Source: Candidatus Latescibacterota bacterium (GTDB lineage Bacteria > Latescibacterota > UBA2968 > UBA8231). From it: a stretch of 64,000 nt of DNA. Under the pieces are notes generated by a model that made no database searches, was not told where the DNA came from, and was given only the letters and a program-made list of their open reading frames with translations. Shown here piece after piece: positions 1 to 9,582 of this stretch; within the stretch, counting starts at the first letter, position 1, and every line of letters begins with the position of its first letter. The stretch spans positions 1-64,000 of the forward strand of contig OZ241889.1 in the NCBI GenBank assembly GCA_965203355.1, read 5' to 3'. The position numbers and the translations under genes are program-made.

Positions 1-29
1 GAGTAGAGGCCACTTTGTAGAAGAAGGGG

Positions 30-923
30 TTGGGATTGTTTGGATTTGGCAAGACAAAAGCCACCGGGATTCACATCAGCGGCCAGACCATGCGCATCGC
101 CGCCCTGGACGCTGACCGCGCTGGCGTCCGACCGCTCGTCTTGACAGCCGAAGCGCTAGAGCACCCCTTCGACCCGGTGTCCTTAGGCGACGAGCAGCAG
201 CGACGCGAACTAGCCACCAAGTTAGCCGCGCTCGCAGCGGCTTACAACTTCGACTACAGCATGGCCTGTTTCTCGCTAGACCGGCGCTTGGGTCTCGTTC
301 AGCGCCGGCCCCTCGTAGCGAGGACTGAGCGCGAAAACCGCGAACAACTCCTGTGGGAAGCCGAGCAGCTCTTGACCGAAGACGCGAAGGCGTTTAGCTG
401 CAATTTTGTGCTGACCTCGCAGTGGGGCTTTGTGGTGGCGGCGCGGCACCGGGCGCTCGCTGGCTACCGCGCCCTAGGCAAGGCCGCGGCCGCCAGTCGG
501 CTCGACGTCGATCTAGTGCCTTTTGCCCTGTACAACGCCAGCGAACGCGCTAACCTGCTCGCCAAAGATACCTTCTCGCTGCTGCTCTACGCGGATTTGA
601 GCGAGGCTTGGCTCCTGCTTATAGAGGAAGGCGAACTGTGCGCCCTGACCAGCTGTTGCTGGGAGCAAGAGGAGGACGCCCCCGCCGTCTTAGCAGGCGC
701 AGCGCACAAGCTGCTAAGCACGAGCGGCAACGGCCTCCAACGTCTATGGGGGGCCGGCTTCGTGTATTGGAGCGAGGGCTTGGCCGCGCACTTGGGGGTG
801 CCGCATTCAATCCTCGACCCACTCGCCGCGATCAAACCCAAGTTGCTCGACAGCACCCCACCCGCCCAGCGGTCCCAGTATGCCATCGCCGTCGGGCTCG
901 CTCAGCGGGGGTTGATGCGATGA
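30..923 (+). CDS. PilM-like type IV pilus assembly protein (divergent actin-like fold)
   Basis: N-terminal GIHISGQTMRIAAL resembles the PilM GLDIG..IK start; C-terminal QYAIAVGLAQRG resembles the PilM end motif; TTG start. Confidence 0.6.
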   Translation: MGLFGFGKTKATGIHISGQTMRIAALDADRAGVRPLVLTAEALEHPFDPVSLGDEQQRRELATKLAALAAAYNFDYSMACFSLDRRLGLVQRRPLVARTERENREQLLWEAEQLLTEDAKAFSCNFVLTSQWGFVVAARHRALAGYRALGKAAAASRLDVDLVPFALYNASERANLLAKDTFSLLLYADLSEAWLLLIEEGELCALTSCCWEQEEDAPAVLAGAAHKLLSTSGNGLQRLWGAGFVYWSEGLAAHLGVPHSILDPLAAIKPKLLDSTPPAQRSQYAIAVGLAQRGLMR

Positions 924-1801
924 TCCGCGTTGAACTTCTCGGTCGCCCCGGGCGGTCGCCTTGGCCCAAAGTTTTGCTTTCGGTGCTCGTCTTATGTGGC
1001 GGCCTATACGGCTTCCACCGCTTCTTCCCCGCGCTGACGGAGCCGATTTTTCGCGCGAGTTCCGCCCTCATGGCCGCAGCGCAGCAAGAAATCGCCCCAC
1101 CGCGAGCACCCGCCAGCCCCGTGCAAGCAACCGCCCCCAAGCCCGCGGCCCGCGAAGCGACTCCGAGTCCCGAGCCAGAGCCCCCAGCAAGTCCGGCGGT
1201 CCAGCGAGAAGCAATCCCCACCCCGCCCCAGCGCAGCACAACCTGCCACCACGTCATGCAGGTCGCCGAACAGGTCCCCGCCGAAACGCGCGTCGCGTCG
1301 CTGAATTGCAACGCAAGCGGGGAATACTGGCTGGAGGGGACCAGCCTCTCGTACAAAGCACTGCGCGCGTTTCGGCTTCGCTTGCAGGCATTGCCATCGC
1401 GGGTGTCGTTTGCGACTTGGTGGGAGGAGCGCACACTGCGCTTTTCATTCCAAGGCCACTTTGCCGAGCGGGCTACCCCGCCACCGACGGCCCTCTCGCC
1501 CGATCAAGCGGAGCAATTCTTCGGCAAGGTGGCCCGCTGGGCCGACGCCAGTGGCCTAGACAGCCTGTCGGTCCACGAGCCCATCCATAAGTCCTTGTCG
1601 CCAGATCGCACGCGCCAGCGGCAAAAACTGCGGGGCATTGGCGCCCCTCAGCAGATCAATGCCTTCTTGCAGCAGTTGCAACAGGCCAAAGAAGTCGCCA
1701 CCCTCGGCGAGGTCTTGCTCATGCCCATCACAAGCGGCGAAAACGGCTGGGGGCAAGCGCGGCTCTACGCGGCCGTGGACATCATTGTGGACCGCCCCTG
1801 A
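920..1801 (+). CDS. Membrane-anchored hypothetical protein, possibly PilN/PilO-like
   Basis: ATGA overlap with upstream stop; MIRVELL start like PilN, one TM helix, Pro/Ala-rich linker; true start taken as ATG 920 within ORF 608..1801. Confidence 0.5.
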   Translation: MIRVELLGRPGRSPWPKVLLSVLVLCGGLYGFHRFFPALTEPIFRASSALMAAAQQEIAPPRAPASPVQATAPKPAAREATPSPEPEPPASPAVQREAIPTPPQRSTTCHHVMQVAEQVPAETRVASLNCNASGEYWLEGTSLSYKALRAFRLRLQALPSRVSFATWWEERTLRFSFQGHFAERATPPPTALSPDQAEQFFGKVARWADASGLDSLSVHEPIHKSLSPDRTRQRQKLRGIGAPQQINAFLQQLQQAKEVATLGEVLLMPITSGENGWGQARLYAAVDIIVDRP

Positions 1802-2295
1802 TGAACCGCTTTGCCGACGCAGCCATCTATCCCGGCAGTTTCGACCCCATCACCTTTGGCCACCTGAACATCCTAGAGCGCGCCTTGGGCATCTTCTCCC
1901 AAGTCACGCTGCTGGTGGCAATCAACCCCAACAAAAAGCCGCTCTTTTCGCTGGCCGAGAGCCGGGCGATGATCTCCGAGGCCATTAGCGACTGGCCCCA
2001 AGCCAAGGTCGATTTTCACGACGGCCTGACCGTTGACTATGCACGGCAGCACCATATCCGCACGGCCGTGCGGGGCCTGCGGGCGGTGACCGACTTTGAG
2101 AACGAGTTCGCCATGGCCTTGACCAACCGCTCGCTGTGGCCCGAGTTCGACACCGTCTTTCTGATGACGAAGGCCGAGTACATGTACCTCAGTTCGTCGG
2201 TCGTGCGCCAAGTGGCGCAAATGGGTGGGCAGTTGGACCAGTTCGTGCCGCCTTGTATCGAACGCCGCCTGCGGGAGAAATTCCACAATGCCTGA
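1801..2295 (+). CDS. coaD: Pantetheine-phosphate adenylyltransferase
   Basis: AIYPGSFDPITFGH, RGLRAVTDFENE and SSSVVR motifs. Confidence 0.97.
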   Translation: MNRFADAAIYPGSFDPITFGHLNILERALGIFSQVTLLVAINPNKKPLFSLAESRAMISEAISDWPQAKVDFHDGLTVDYARQHHIRTAVRGLRAVTDFENEFAMALTNRSLWPEFDTVFLMTKAEYMYLSSSVVRQVAQMGGQLDQFVPPCIERRLREKFHNA

Positions 2296-3370
2296 ATCCC
2301 AGCGCGAAGTGCAGGCGCTGCTCGCACTGAGTCAAGCCGAGCGGCCCAAGCACGTGCGGCGCTTGCTCGCCCACTTTGGCTCGGCCCAAGAAGCACTCGC
2401 CGCCGCCGATTGGACCGCCGCCGTAGGGGCCAGTGCGCCCGCACAGCGGCCCACTCAGGACGACTTGGCTTGGGCTGCCGACCAGTGGCAACGGCTCTGC
2501 GCGGCTGGCGGCCGCTGTCTAGTCCCAGCCGACGCGGACTATCCCCAACTGCTGGGCCAAATCGCCGCACCGCCTCCCGTGCTGTTTGCGCTGGGCCCGG
2601 GCGATTTGGCCCCGCCCACCGTAGCCATCGTCGGCTCGCGCAAGGCATCGGACAGTGGCAAGCTGATGGCTGCCGAACTAGCCCGCGAGTTAGTAGCCCA
2701 AGGCATCTGCATCGTCAGCGGCATGGCTTTTGGCATTGACGCGGCCGCCCACCAAGCCGCGCTCGCCGCCGACGGGCGCACCATCGCCGTGTTGGGCTGC
2801 GGGGCCGATGTGCCCTATCCCCGCGCCCACACCCCACTCTACCGCCAAATCCGCGCACGGGGGGCCATCGTTTCTGAGTTTGCTTGGGGGGCGCAGCCGG
2901 AGCGAGGGGCCTTCCCGCGCCGCAATCGCATCATCAGCGGGCTGAGCTTGGGGGTGATCATCGTCGAGGCCCCGCAAAAGAGCGGCGCACTGATTACAGC
3001 CCAACACGCCCTAGAGCAAAACCGCGAGGTATTTGCCGTACCCGGCGATGTGCGCTCGGGCCGCAACGCCGGCTGCCACCAACTCATCAAAGAGGGGGCC
3101 AAGCTGGTCGAGCATATAGACGACGTGCTGGAAGAATTGGCGATGTGGGCTTCCCCGCGCCCGCAGCCTACGCCCACACTCGCGCCCACGCTGCCCCCGG
3201 AGGACGAGAGCGTCTATGCCCTGCTGTCGCGCCAACCTCGGCACATCGACGAACTCGCCCAACACAGCCCCCTGCCGCCCGCGACCCTGCTCGACGTACT
3301 GCTGCGGTTGGAACTCGACGGCCTAGTCGAGCAGCTCGCCGGCAAGCGATTTTTGCGCCGCGCCGGGTAA
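2288..3370 (+). CDS. dprA: DNA-processing protein DprA
   Basis: VAIVGSR, IVSGMAFGIDAAAH, FPRRNRIISGLS, SGALITA and REVFAVPG motifs; C-terminal winged helix; start ATG 2288. Confidence 0.95.
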   Translation: MPESQREVQALLALSQAERPKHVRRLLAHFGSAQEALAAADWTAAVGASAPAQRPTQDDLAWAADQWQRLCAAGGRCLVPADADYPQLLGQIAAPPPVLFALGPGDLAPPTVAIVGSRKASDSGKLMAAELARELVAQGICIVSGMAFGIDAAAHQAALAADGRTIAVLGCGADVPYPRAHTPLYRQIRARGAIVSEFAWGAQPERGAFPRRNRIISGLSLGVIIVEAPQKSGALITAQHALEQNREVFAVPGDVRSGRNAGCHQLIKEGAKLVEHIDDVLEELAMWASPRPQPTPTLAPTLPPEDESVYALLSRQPRHIDELAQHSPLPPATLLDVLLRLELDGLVEQLAGKRFLRRAG

Positions 3371-3390
3371 ACCCTACGCCGCCGCCGCCG

Positions 3391-3528
3391 CTAATCGTCC
3401 GAGTGCTCTATCTGCAACGGTTCGTCGCGGCGGGATTTAGCGCGAAAAAAAGGCCGCGTCAAACGCCACAACACGTACGCGGCGGCGAGGGCGGCAACGC
3501 CAATAGCCGTCGGCGTTTGCCAATCCAT
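3391..3528 (-). CDS. Small FeoB-associated membrane protein (45 aa)
   Basis: MDWQTPTAIGVAALAAAYVLWRL single TM helix directly downstream of feoB. Confidence 0.55.
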   Translation of the reverse strand: MDWQTPTAIGVAALAAAYVLWRLTRPFFRAKSRRDEPLQIEHSDD

Positions 3529-3529
3529 G

Positions 3530-5662
3530 TCAAAAGCCCAAGGCCGTGCCGACCTGATAGGTCGCCAGCGCACCGAGATAGGCGAGAGTCGTCATATAGC
3601 CAAAGCTGAGCAGGGACCAACGATAGGAACGGGTCTCTTTTTTTATGACGACTAAGGTCGAGAGGCACTGGGCGCAGAGGGCGAAAAATACCAGGATCGA
3701 CAGCGCCACCGGCAGGGTGTAAATCGGGCGGCCATCCGGCCAGGTCGCGGCGGCTAGGGTCGTGCGCAGGCCCGCGGAGCTTTCGTCTTCGCCCGCGCCG
3801 AGGCTGTAGATGGTGCCCAAAGCCGAGATAATGACTTCGCGGGCCGGGAAGGAGGCGATGACCGCCATGCCAATGCGCCAATCCCATCCCAAAGGACGCA
3901 CAGCCGGCGCGACCCAGTGTCCGGCCCGGCCGAGATAGCTGTTTTCTACCAACTCAGCCGCCTGGCGCTTTTCCAAGGCGTCGAGGGCGGCGGGCGCAAC
4001 CACTTGGCGCTCAACTTGGTGGCGCTCGATCACGCTGGCTGGACGCGGGAAGTACGCCAGTGCCCACATGGCAATAGTCGTCGCCAAGATGAGGCTACCA
4101 GCGCGGACGACAAAGGCCCGGCTGCTGTGGTACACGCGCAACAGCACCGTGCGCGGATCGGGCGTCTTGTACGAAGGCAACTCCAGCAAAAAGGGCGGCG
4201 GATCGCCGCGGAGCAAGGTCCGCTTGAGCAACCAAGCCACTGGGATGGCGACCAGTGCGCCGAGGCAATAGAACGCCGATAGGGTCAGCGCCTGCAAGCC
4301 GATGATACCACCCAACAACGGGCGGTCCGGGACAAAGGCACCGATGAAAAGCACGTACACGGGCAGGCGCGCCGAACAACTCATCAGCGGCGCGACCAAG
4401 ATGGTGGCAAAGCGGTCGCGCCGGTCTTCAATGGTACGAGCGGCCATGATGCCTGGGACGGCGCAGGCAAAGCTGGACAGCAGCGGCATGAAGGCCGTGC
4501 CAGAAAGCCCCACGCGGGTGAGCAACCGATCCATCAACAGGGCCGCCCGCGCCATGTAGCCGCTGTCTTCGAGCAGGGCAATAAAAAAGAACAAGATGGC
4601 GATCTGCGGCAGGAAGATGAGCACCCCCCCCACGCCGGCGATGAGACCATCGACGACGAGACTTTGCAGGGGACCAGCCGGGATGAGCGCGGCCGCGCGG
4701 TCGCCGCAGGCAGCAAAGAGCGCGTCAACGCCATCCATCAGCGGCCCGGACCAAGTGTAAATGGCCTCAAAGACCAAGACGTTGACCAGCAAGAAAATCG
4801 CCACACCTAAAAGGCGGTGCGCGAGAATGCGGTCGGCCCGATCCGAGCGGCGGTCCGCTAGGCGGCTGGGCTGGGCAATCGCCCGCGCGAGCAGGCCGTC
4901 GATCCAGGCATAGCGAGCCTTGCTTTCTAGCGCGGACAGAGCATCTGCGCCAGCCGTGCGCAGGTCGTGCAAGCAGCCCTCGGCTTCATCACCTGCGGAC
5001 GCCAACAAGCGGCGCTCGGCATAGCCGTCTTCATCGACTAGCGCGCGTAGGGCCTCTACCGGGGAGAGCGGGCCGGGAACGGCGGCTTGCAGCTCGGCAA
5101 TGGCGCGTTGGAGTGGGTCGGGCAGTTCCACCCGCTGCGGCCGCGCCGGGGCTGGATCCGCACTCAAAGCCGCCAACGTGCGCCGCAACTCGTCCAATCC
5201 CTGCCGCCGGTGGGCACACACGGGCACCACTGGCGCACCGAGCACCTCGGACAGGATACGGGCGTCAATGCTAATGCCCCGCCGGATGGCTATGTCCTCC
5301 ATGTTGAGGACCACGACCAAGGGCAACCCTATTTCCGCAAGTTGAGAAACCAAGTAGAGATTGCGCCGCAGGTTGCTGGCATCAACGACCGCCAAAATGC
5401 CATCTATGGGCGGCGCGTCTGGCTGTTGGCCCAAGAGCACGTCAATGGCCAGCATCTCGTCGGGCGAATGAGCCGCGAGGCTATAGGCCCCGGGCAGGTC
5501 GATCAGGTCTAGCGCGTCTCTCCCATCCAGCGTCAAGGTGCCCACTTTGTGCTCCACGGTGACGCCCGGGTAGTTGCCGGCGTGCTGCGCCAGGCCGGTC
5601 AGGGCGTTGAAAAGCGTGGTCTTGCCCGTGTTGGGATTACCGATAAGTGCGAGCGTCCGCAC
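3530..5662 (-). CDS. feoB: Ferrous iron transport protein B
   Basis: GNPNTGKT, GNYPGVTVE, DLPG G-domain motifs; membrane domain with FLPQI, ACAVP, SCSARLPVY. Confidence 0.97.
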   Translation of the reverse strand: MRTLALIGNPNTGKTTLFNALTGLAQHAGNYPGVTVEHKVGTLTLDGRDALDLIDLPGAYSLAAHSPDEMLAIDVLLGQQPDAPPIDGILAVVDASNLRRNLYLVSQLAEIGLPLVVVLNMEDIAIRRGISIDARILSEVLGAPVVPVCAHRRQGLDELRRTLAALSADPAPARPQRVELPDPLQRAIAELQAAVPGPLSPVEALRALVDEDGYAERRLLASAGDEAEGCLHDLRTAGADALSALESKARYAWIDGLLARAIAQPSRLADRRSDRADRILAHRLLGVAIFLLVNVLVFEAIYTWSGPLMDGVDALFAACGDRAAALIPAGPLQSLVVDGLIAGVGGVLIFLPQIAILFFFIALLEDSGYMARAALLMDRLLTRVGLSGTAFMPLLSSFACAVPGIMAARTIEDRRDRFATILVAPLMSCSARLPVYVLFIGAFVPDRPLLGGIIGLQALTLSAFYCLGALVAIPVAWLLKRTLLRGDPPPFLLELPSYKTPDPRTVLLRVYHSSRAFVVRAGSLILATTIAMWALAYFPRPASVIERHQVERQVVAPAALDALEKRQAAELVENSYLGRAGHWVAPAVRPLGWDWRIGMAVIASFPAREVIISALGTIYSLGAGEDESSAGLRTTLAAATWPDGRPIYTLPVALSILVFFALCAQCLSTLVVIKKETRSYRWSLLSFGYMTTLAYLGALATYQVGTALGF

Positions 5663-5685
5663 AGAAAGCCTGTTGGGCAGGAAAA

Positions 5686-5934
5686 CTAGGAGACTAGACG
5701 GATGGCGGCGGCATCCCGACGCCGAAGGGCGAGGCGAGTTTGCCCTATCTGGACAATGAGCGCGGCCCCGGAGCGCAGTACGCGCAAGTGTTCTCCGGGC
5801 AAAAAGCCCAATTCGCGCAGGCGAGCGGCCAAGCGCGCCGGGGCCAAAATTTCGGCGACGATGGCTTCGCCATGCCGCGGCAGTTGCGATAAATCGAGCG
5901 GGGGAGCGGATGGGCGAGGCTTGCGACGTTCCAC
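5686..5934 (-). CDS. feoA: FeoA family protein
   Basis: RLRELGFLPGEHLRVLR...IGQTRLALRR FeoA motif directly upstream of feoB; start uncertain (GTG 5934 chosen). Confidence 0.85.
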   Translation of the reverse strand: MERRKPRPSAPPLDLSQLPRHGEAIVAEILAPARLAARLRELGFLPGEHLRVLRSGAALIVQIGQTRLALRRRDAAAIRLVS

Positions 5935-5955
5935 GCGATATGTCCGGCTTATGTT

Positions 5956-6016
5956 GTTTAGGTTACTAACGATATGTTTGACATAGCAAACATATGTAAT
6001 AAAGGCCATAAGTCAA
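5956..6016 (-). promoter_or_regulatory. feoAB promoter with overlapping palindromic operator (putative metal-dependent repressor site)
   Basis: Minus strand TTGACT(6016-6011)-N16-TATGTT; inverted repeat ATATGTTTG-N6-CAAACATAT at 5972-5995; TTTAGGTTACTAA at 5957-5969. Confidence 0.55.
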
Positions 6017-6182
6017 TGTATTTTTTGCTAGATTACACAAAATGTATGGACGGGCTATCTTCTCGACAGCCGCGAACGGCCCTCTGCTGCGCGGCCACCC
6101 GCGTCCCTTGATTTCCATTCGACAAAAACCGAGACGTTGTTCATCTTATTTTTTTAAACGGACGAAACAAGGCAAGACGACC

Positions 6183-7049
6183 ATGACAAAGTTGATCCTA
6201 GGGGCGGTGTGGTTAAGCGCAGTCCAAGCAGGCGCCGTGGATTTCTACGCGCATTGGGCCGACGGGAAGGCCGAGATATCTAGCTACGAGGTGGTCCAGC
6301 CGCGCTACGGTGCGCTGCGGCAGGGGTACGCGGTCATGATTTTCGTGACCGAGAGCCTGCACCAGCAAACCTCGATCAAGGTCGAGTCGCCAACGCCGGA
6401 GGCCGACCAATTCTACGCGCTCAAGCTCAACCACATCCTCAAGTTCCCGACCGGCATATACGACTACTCGGTGATGACTTCGGTTTTCAGCCAAGTGGAC
6501 GGCGAGCAGCAGCCCTTTGAACTGCGGCGCATCTCGTTCAGCGCCCAGGAGTGGTGCGGGCAGGTCTTTGACGAGGCCCTGTTCCGCAACGGGCAGATCA
6601 ACGGGCACATCAGCAGCTATTTTGCCAGCGAGGGCCGGGGCACCTATCAGCTAAAGCAGCCCAAGCATTTCGTCAGCGAGGATCATCTGCTAATCCGCAT
6701 CCGAGAGCTGCAAGGGCCGTTTATGGCGCTAGGCGAGGTGCGGGCGGTGGAGATGCTGCCGAGCTTTTGGCAGCTTCGGCAGGCGCACAAGCCCCACGCG
6801 TTCGCGGCCGGGCGAATCCACAAGGTTGCCGAGGAGCAAGCCGGTGAACTGGCCAGTGTGCGTTGGGACCTGCATATCGGCCAGCGGCAGCGGACGTTGT
6901 GGACGGAAAAAGCCTATCCACATCGGATTCTGCGCTGGGAGGACAGCGATGGGGGGCGCGGCGAATTGATGCGGACGATCCGGGTGCCCTACTGGCAGCT
7001 CCAGGCCGACGCCGACGCCGTGTACCGGCGGGAGTTGGGCATTCCCTGA
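6183..7049 (+). CDS. Secreted hypothetical protein
   Basis: Signal-peptide-like N-terminus (MTKLILGAVWLSAVQAGA); WADGKAEISSY, YDYSVMTSVF and QEWCGQ look like conserved motifs of an uncharacterised family. Confidence 0.7.
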   Translation: MTKLILGAVWLSAVQAGAVDFYAHWADGKAEISSYEVVQPRYGALRQGYAVMIFVTESLHQQTSIKVESPTPEADQFYALKLNHILKFPTGIYDYSVMTSVFSQVDGEQQPFELRRISFSAQEWCGQVFDEALFRNGQINGHISSYFASEGRGTYQLKQPKHFVSEDHLLIRIRELQGPFMALGEVRAVEMLPSFWQLRQAHKPHAFAAGRIHKVAEEQAGELASVRWDLHIGQRQRTLWTEKAYPHRILRWEDSDGGRGELMRTIRVPYWQLQADADAVYRRELGIP

Positions 7050-7060
7050 CAAGCGTCTTT

Positions 7061-7502
7061 CGCGCCCCGCGTCACTCAGCCTTTCCTTTCAACACCTCCA
7101 GCAGGGTCTCGCGCTTGGCCCGTGCCTCTTCCAAGGTCGGGTCCAAAGACAGGGCTTGGTCGAAGTGTTGCAGGGCTTCGGCACTGCGGCCCAAGTTGTA
7201 GAGGATGACGCCCATGTTGGAATGGGCCACGGCGTCGCCGGGCGCGAGGGTGATGAACTGCTGCAAGCGTTCCAGCGCCTCGTCGTAGCGCTGCTGTTCA
7301 AACCGCAGATGGCCCAGCCAACGGAAAGCCTCTGCATGGCTCGGAACCAGCTCAATGGCGCGCATGTAGTGTTCCGCCGCTTCGGGGCGCCCGGCTTGGT
7401 GCGCTGCCCGCCCTTTGTAAAAAGAAAGCTGGGCGGCGTTTTCCACGCTCGACTCCAAGGCCACCGCCTGCTCTAGCGCGGCAACCGCTTCTTCATACCG
7501 CT
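7061..7502. repeat. Direct repeat copy 1 (~440 bp TPR-encoding tail)
   Basis: Near-identical to 9141..9582 (offset 2080), scattered substitutions only. Confidence 0.95.
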
Positions 7503-9108
7503 CCGAATCGTGCAGGACACTGCCTAAGTTGAAGTAGCGGTTCGCGCGCTTTGGGTCGAGCGCGATGGCGTGGCGCAAGTGTTGCTCGGCTTCCTCGTAG
7601 CGTCCCAAATCCCAGAACGCCACCCCCATCATCGCAGGTATCCGAGAGTCGTTTGGGCGTTGTTCTGCGGCGACCCGATAAGCGTCGAGGGCGTCCTCAA
7701 ACTGCCCCTTATAATACAGTTCGTTGCCTAAATGGCGGTGGGCATTCCGCGCCTGCGGGTTGAGCGCGATGATGTGGCGATGGAAGGTTTCGTCGTCCCG
7801 ATAGATGCTCGCCTGCCGCCAAGTTAGCATTCCCAGCGCGACCAAGACCACCCCCACAACGCCCAGCACCCCTTTTTGCCACCAGTCCGGCAGGCGACAG
7901 ACGCCATACGCAGCCGAGCCAATGACGACAGCCATGAACCCAATGCCAGCGAGGTACTGAAAGCGGTCGGCCACGAAAGCATACTGCATATAGCCGTGAT
8001 CGACGAAGCCGAGCACCGGCGACAGCGTGAGTGCAAAAAACAACGCCCCAGCCAACGGGCCACGCCCAAGCGTCCGGCGAAAGTGCCACAAAGCTACCGC
8101 CAGCGCGACAGCGGCCATGAGATACCCCCAAGCCAGCGGGTCGGCCACGCGGATGTCCCAACGGGGGTAAATGACGGCCAACTCCGCCGGCCACAGCAGT
8201 TTACCGGCGTAAAACCACAGGGCGCGCGCGGCGATGAGCGCCCGCTCGGTTAGTGAGTAGTCGAAAGACGTAGAGCCTTGAGACCAGTAAAAAGACAAGT
8301 CGCCGACCGCAAAGGCCAGCCCAACCGCCAAGAACGGCACGAGCCGAAACAGGTCGGTCGAGGTCACGCGGCCCTGCTTCCACCAATGCACGAGCAAAAG
8401 CGCCGCCGGTAGCGTAATCGCGATGGACTTGCTGAGCAGGGCCGCCACGTACAACGCCAGCGACCGCACATACCAGCTCTGCACAAAACGCATCCACAGC
8501 GGCCGCGGCGGCCGATACACCCACGCAACCGACAGCTCATACAACCGCCGACTCGCCTGCTCCACAGAACGCATCCACGCCAGCACCGCCAGCAGGTAGA
8601 ACAGACCCGACAGCACATCCTTGCGCTCCATGACCCAAGCCACCGACTCCACGTGCAGCGGATGAACCGCGAACACCGCGGCTACTACCCACGCGCCGGG
8701 CACTGCCAACCGCCGCAGGAGATGCCACAGCAGCAGCGTATTCGCTAAATGCAGGAGCACGTTGACGACGTGATAGCCGGCCGGATCAAACCCCCACAGC
8801 TTGTGTTCCAGCCAGAAAGTTGTATAGGTCAGCGGCCAATAGTGCCCTTCGTGTTCGAGGTCGCTGGGAGAAAACCAGATTTGCCACAAACCCGATACTT
8901 CCCGCACCGGATCGATCTCAATGCACAGATTGTCGTCCCAGACAAAGCCCCCCCACAACATCGCCGGCAGGTAGCTTACTGCCACCAGCAGGACCAGCGC
9001 GAGACCGGCTAGCGCGTCCGGCCTCCCGTAGGAAGGTGACACCGGGGCGATTGGGTCGATCGGGGCGATTGTTGGGTCGGGCTTTGTCCTCTTTCTTCGT
9101 TTGGCCAT
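7072..9108 (-). CDS. TMTC-like GT-C protein O-mannosyltransferase with C-terminal TPR repeats
   Basis: FVWDD, YWPLT, HVVNVLLH, FAVHPLHVESVAW, ERKDVL, LLSK and ADRFQYL motifs; several TM helices; TPR tail. Confidence 0.85.
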   Translation of the reverse strand: MAKRRKRTKPDPTIAPIDPIAPVSPSYGRPDALAGLALVLLVAVSYLPAMLWGGFVWDDNLCIEIDPVREVSGLWQIWFSPSDLEHEGHYWPLTYTTFWLEHKLWGFDPAGYHVVNVLLHLANTLLLWHLLRRLAVPGAWVVAAVFAVHPLHVESVAWVMERKDVLSGLFYLLAVLAWMRSVEQASRRLYELSVAWVYRPPRPLWMRFVQSWYVRSLALYVAALLSKSIAITLPAALLLVHWWKQGRVTSTDLFRLVPFLAVGLAFAVGDLSFYWSQGSTSFDYSLTERALIAARALWFYAGKLLWPAELAVIYPRWDIRVADPLAWGYLMAAVALAVALWHFRRTLGRGPLAGALFFALTLSPVLGFVDHGYMQYAFVADRFQYLAGIGFMAVVIGSAAYGVCRLPDWWQKGVLGVVGVVLVALGMLTWRQASIYRDDETFHRHIIALNPQARNAHRHLGNELYYKGQFEDALDAYRVAAEQRPNDSRIPAMMGVAFWDLGRYEEAEQHLRHAIALDPKRANRYFNLGSVLHDSERYEEAVAALEQAVALESSVENAAQLSFYKGRAAHQAGRPEAAEHYMRAIELVPSHAEAFRWLGHLRFEQQRYDEALERLQQFITLAPGDAVAHSNMGVILYNLGRSAEALQHFDQALSLDPTLEEARAKRETLLEVLKGKAE

Positions 9109-9140
9109 GTATCTACTGCTCCTCTTGGCGGCCTTTAGAC

Positions 9141-9582
9141 CGCGCCCCGCGTCACTCAGCCTTTCCTTTCAACATCTCCAGCAGGGTCTCGCGCTTGGCG
9201 CGTGCTTCTTCCAAGGTCGGGTCCAAAGACAGGGCTTGGTTGAAGTGTTGCAGGGCTTCGGCGCGGCGGCCCAAGTTGTAGAGGATGACGCCCATGTTGG
9301 AATGGGCCACGGCGTCGCCGGGCGCGAGGGCGATGAACTGCTGCAAGCGTTCCAGTGCCTCGTCGTAGCGCTGCTGTTCAAACCGCAAATGGCCCAGCCA
9401 ACGGAGAGCCTCTGCATGGCCCGGAACCAGCTCAAGGGCGCGCATGTAGTGTTCCGCCGCCTCGGGACGCCCGGCTTGGTGCGCTGCCCGCCCTTTGTAA
9501 AAAGAAAGCTGGGCTGCGTTTTCCACGCTCGACTCCAAGGCCACCGCCTGCTCTAGCGCGGCAACCACTTCTTCATACCGCT
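9141..9582. repeat. Direct repeat copy 2 (~440 bp TPR-encoding tail)
   Basis: Near-identical to 7061..7502. Confidence 0.95.
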
